Assembly (NCBI GenBank): GCA_022711405.1
Contig: JAKLFC010000002.1
Span: 245,772-309,771 of the forward strand
From: Bacteroidota bacterium
Lineage (GTDB): Bacteria; Bacteroidota; Bacteroidia; Bacteroidales; JAGONC01
Direction of reading: 5' to 3'
DNA length: 64,000 nucleotides
The notes beneath the pieces are model-generated. The model saw nothing but the letters and a program-made list of their open reading frames with translations, made no database searches and was not told the DNA's origin. Made by a program: the position numbers and the translations under genes. Below are positions 63,800-64,000 of this stretch, in pieces (the first letter of the stretch is position 1; each line of letters starts with the position of its first letter).

Positions 63800-64000
63800 A
63801 TGAAAAACTCCATTTACCGTATACGTTGTTTATTCACTCCAAAAAGTAAAAAGGGATTTGTTATCCTGAAGGTGACAGGAGAACCCTCCGGGTTCGACAT
63901 CACCTACAAATGCAGTGAGATCAAGGCCCGCCAGGAGAAGAGCCAGGCCAGTGGCTGGAACCGTACGTTCAGGGCCTGTCCGGGGCTGTACATCTACTGC
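63800..64000 (+). CDS. Hypothetical protein, 5' partial (runs off the window end)
   Basis: My own translation from the ATG at 63800: MKNSIYRIRCLFTPKSKKGFVILKVTGEPSGFDITYKCSEIKARQEKSQ... stays open to base 64000. TATTTTTG box at 63777-63784. Confidence 0.3.
   Translation, partial: MKNSIYRIRCLFTPKSKKGFVILKVTGEPSGFDITYKCSEIKARQEKSQASGWNRTFRACPGLYIYC

Overview
This window is a near gap-free chromosomal segment of a Bacteroidota (Bacteroidetes) genome. I call about 51 protein-coding genes. I recognised no rRNA, tRNA, CRISPR array, transposase, integrase or phage genes by eye. All homology calls come from motif recognition in the supplied translations, with no searches run.

The phylum call rests on four observations:
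- T9SS C-terminal sorting domains on several proteins.
- A GldH-like lipoprotein.
- The synteny ileS / DksA-like / lspA and ftsX / DUF3098 / uppP / truB / queA.
- Fourteen TAnnTTTG (-7 box) matches placed just upstream of gene starts.

Core housekeeping genes:
- Translation and RNA: ileS, leuS, truB, queA, miaB, rnr, an RNase H1, rpmF.
- Envelope and division: lspA, ftsX, uppP.
- Energy: atpD, atpC.
- DNA: ruvC, topA.
- Sulfate activation: cysC, cysD, cysN.
- Lipid and cofactor: ispD, ribF, fabH, plsX.

Accessory and cell-surface content:
- A 2036-aa alpha-2-macroglobulin with an intact CSEQ thioester motif.
- Several T9SS cargo proteins.
- Two lamin-tail-domain (LTD) giants.
- A VIT-vWA-TonB_C fusion, divergent from an ECF sigma and an anti-sigma-TonB_C pair.

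The best candidate for an undescribed system is a same-strand three-gene unit at 37.8-41.8 kb. It runs LTD/T9SS protein, then a 79-aa mini-protein, then a short exosortase/archaeosortase-family membrane enzyme.
- The mini-protein has a signal peptide and a PEP-CTERM-like tripartite tail (VPLGSG, a TM helix, then a Lys cluster).
- The enzyme carries C-S-G, N-x-x-R-I and H motifs.
- The last two genes are coupled by an ATGA overlap.
- No EPS or glycosyltransferase genes sit nearby.

The non-coding spacers carry a distinctive set of short-period (6-8 nt) tandem words and long imperfect palindromes. These exactly fill gaps between convergent genes, and one copy forms the C-terminal coding tail of a gene.
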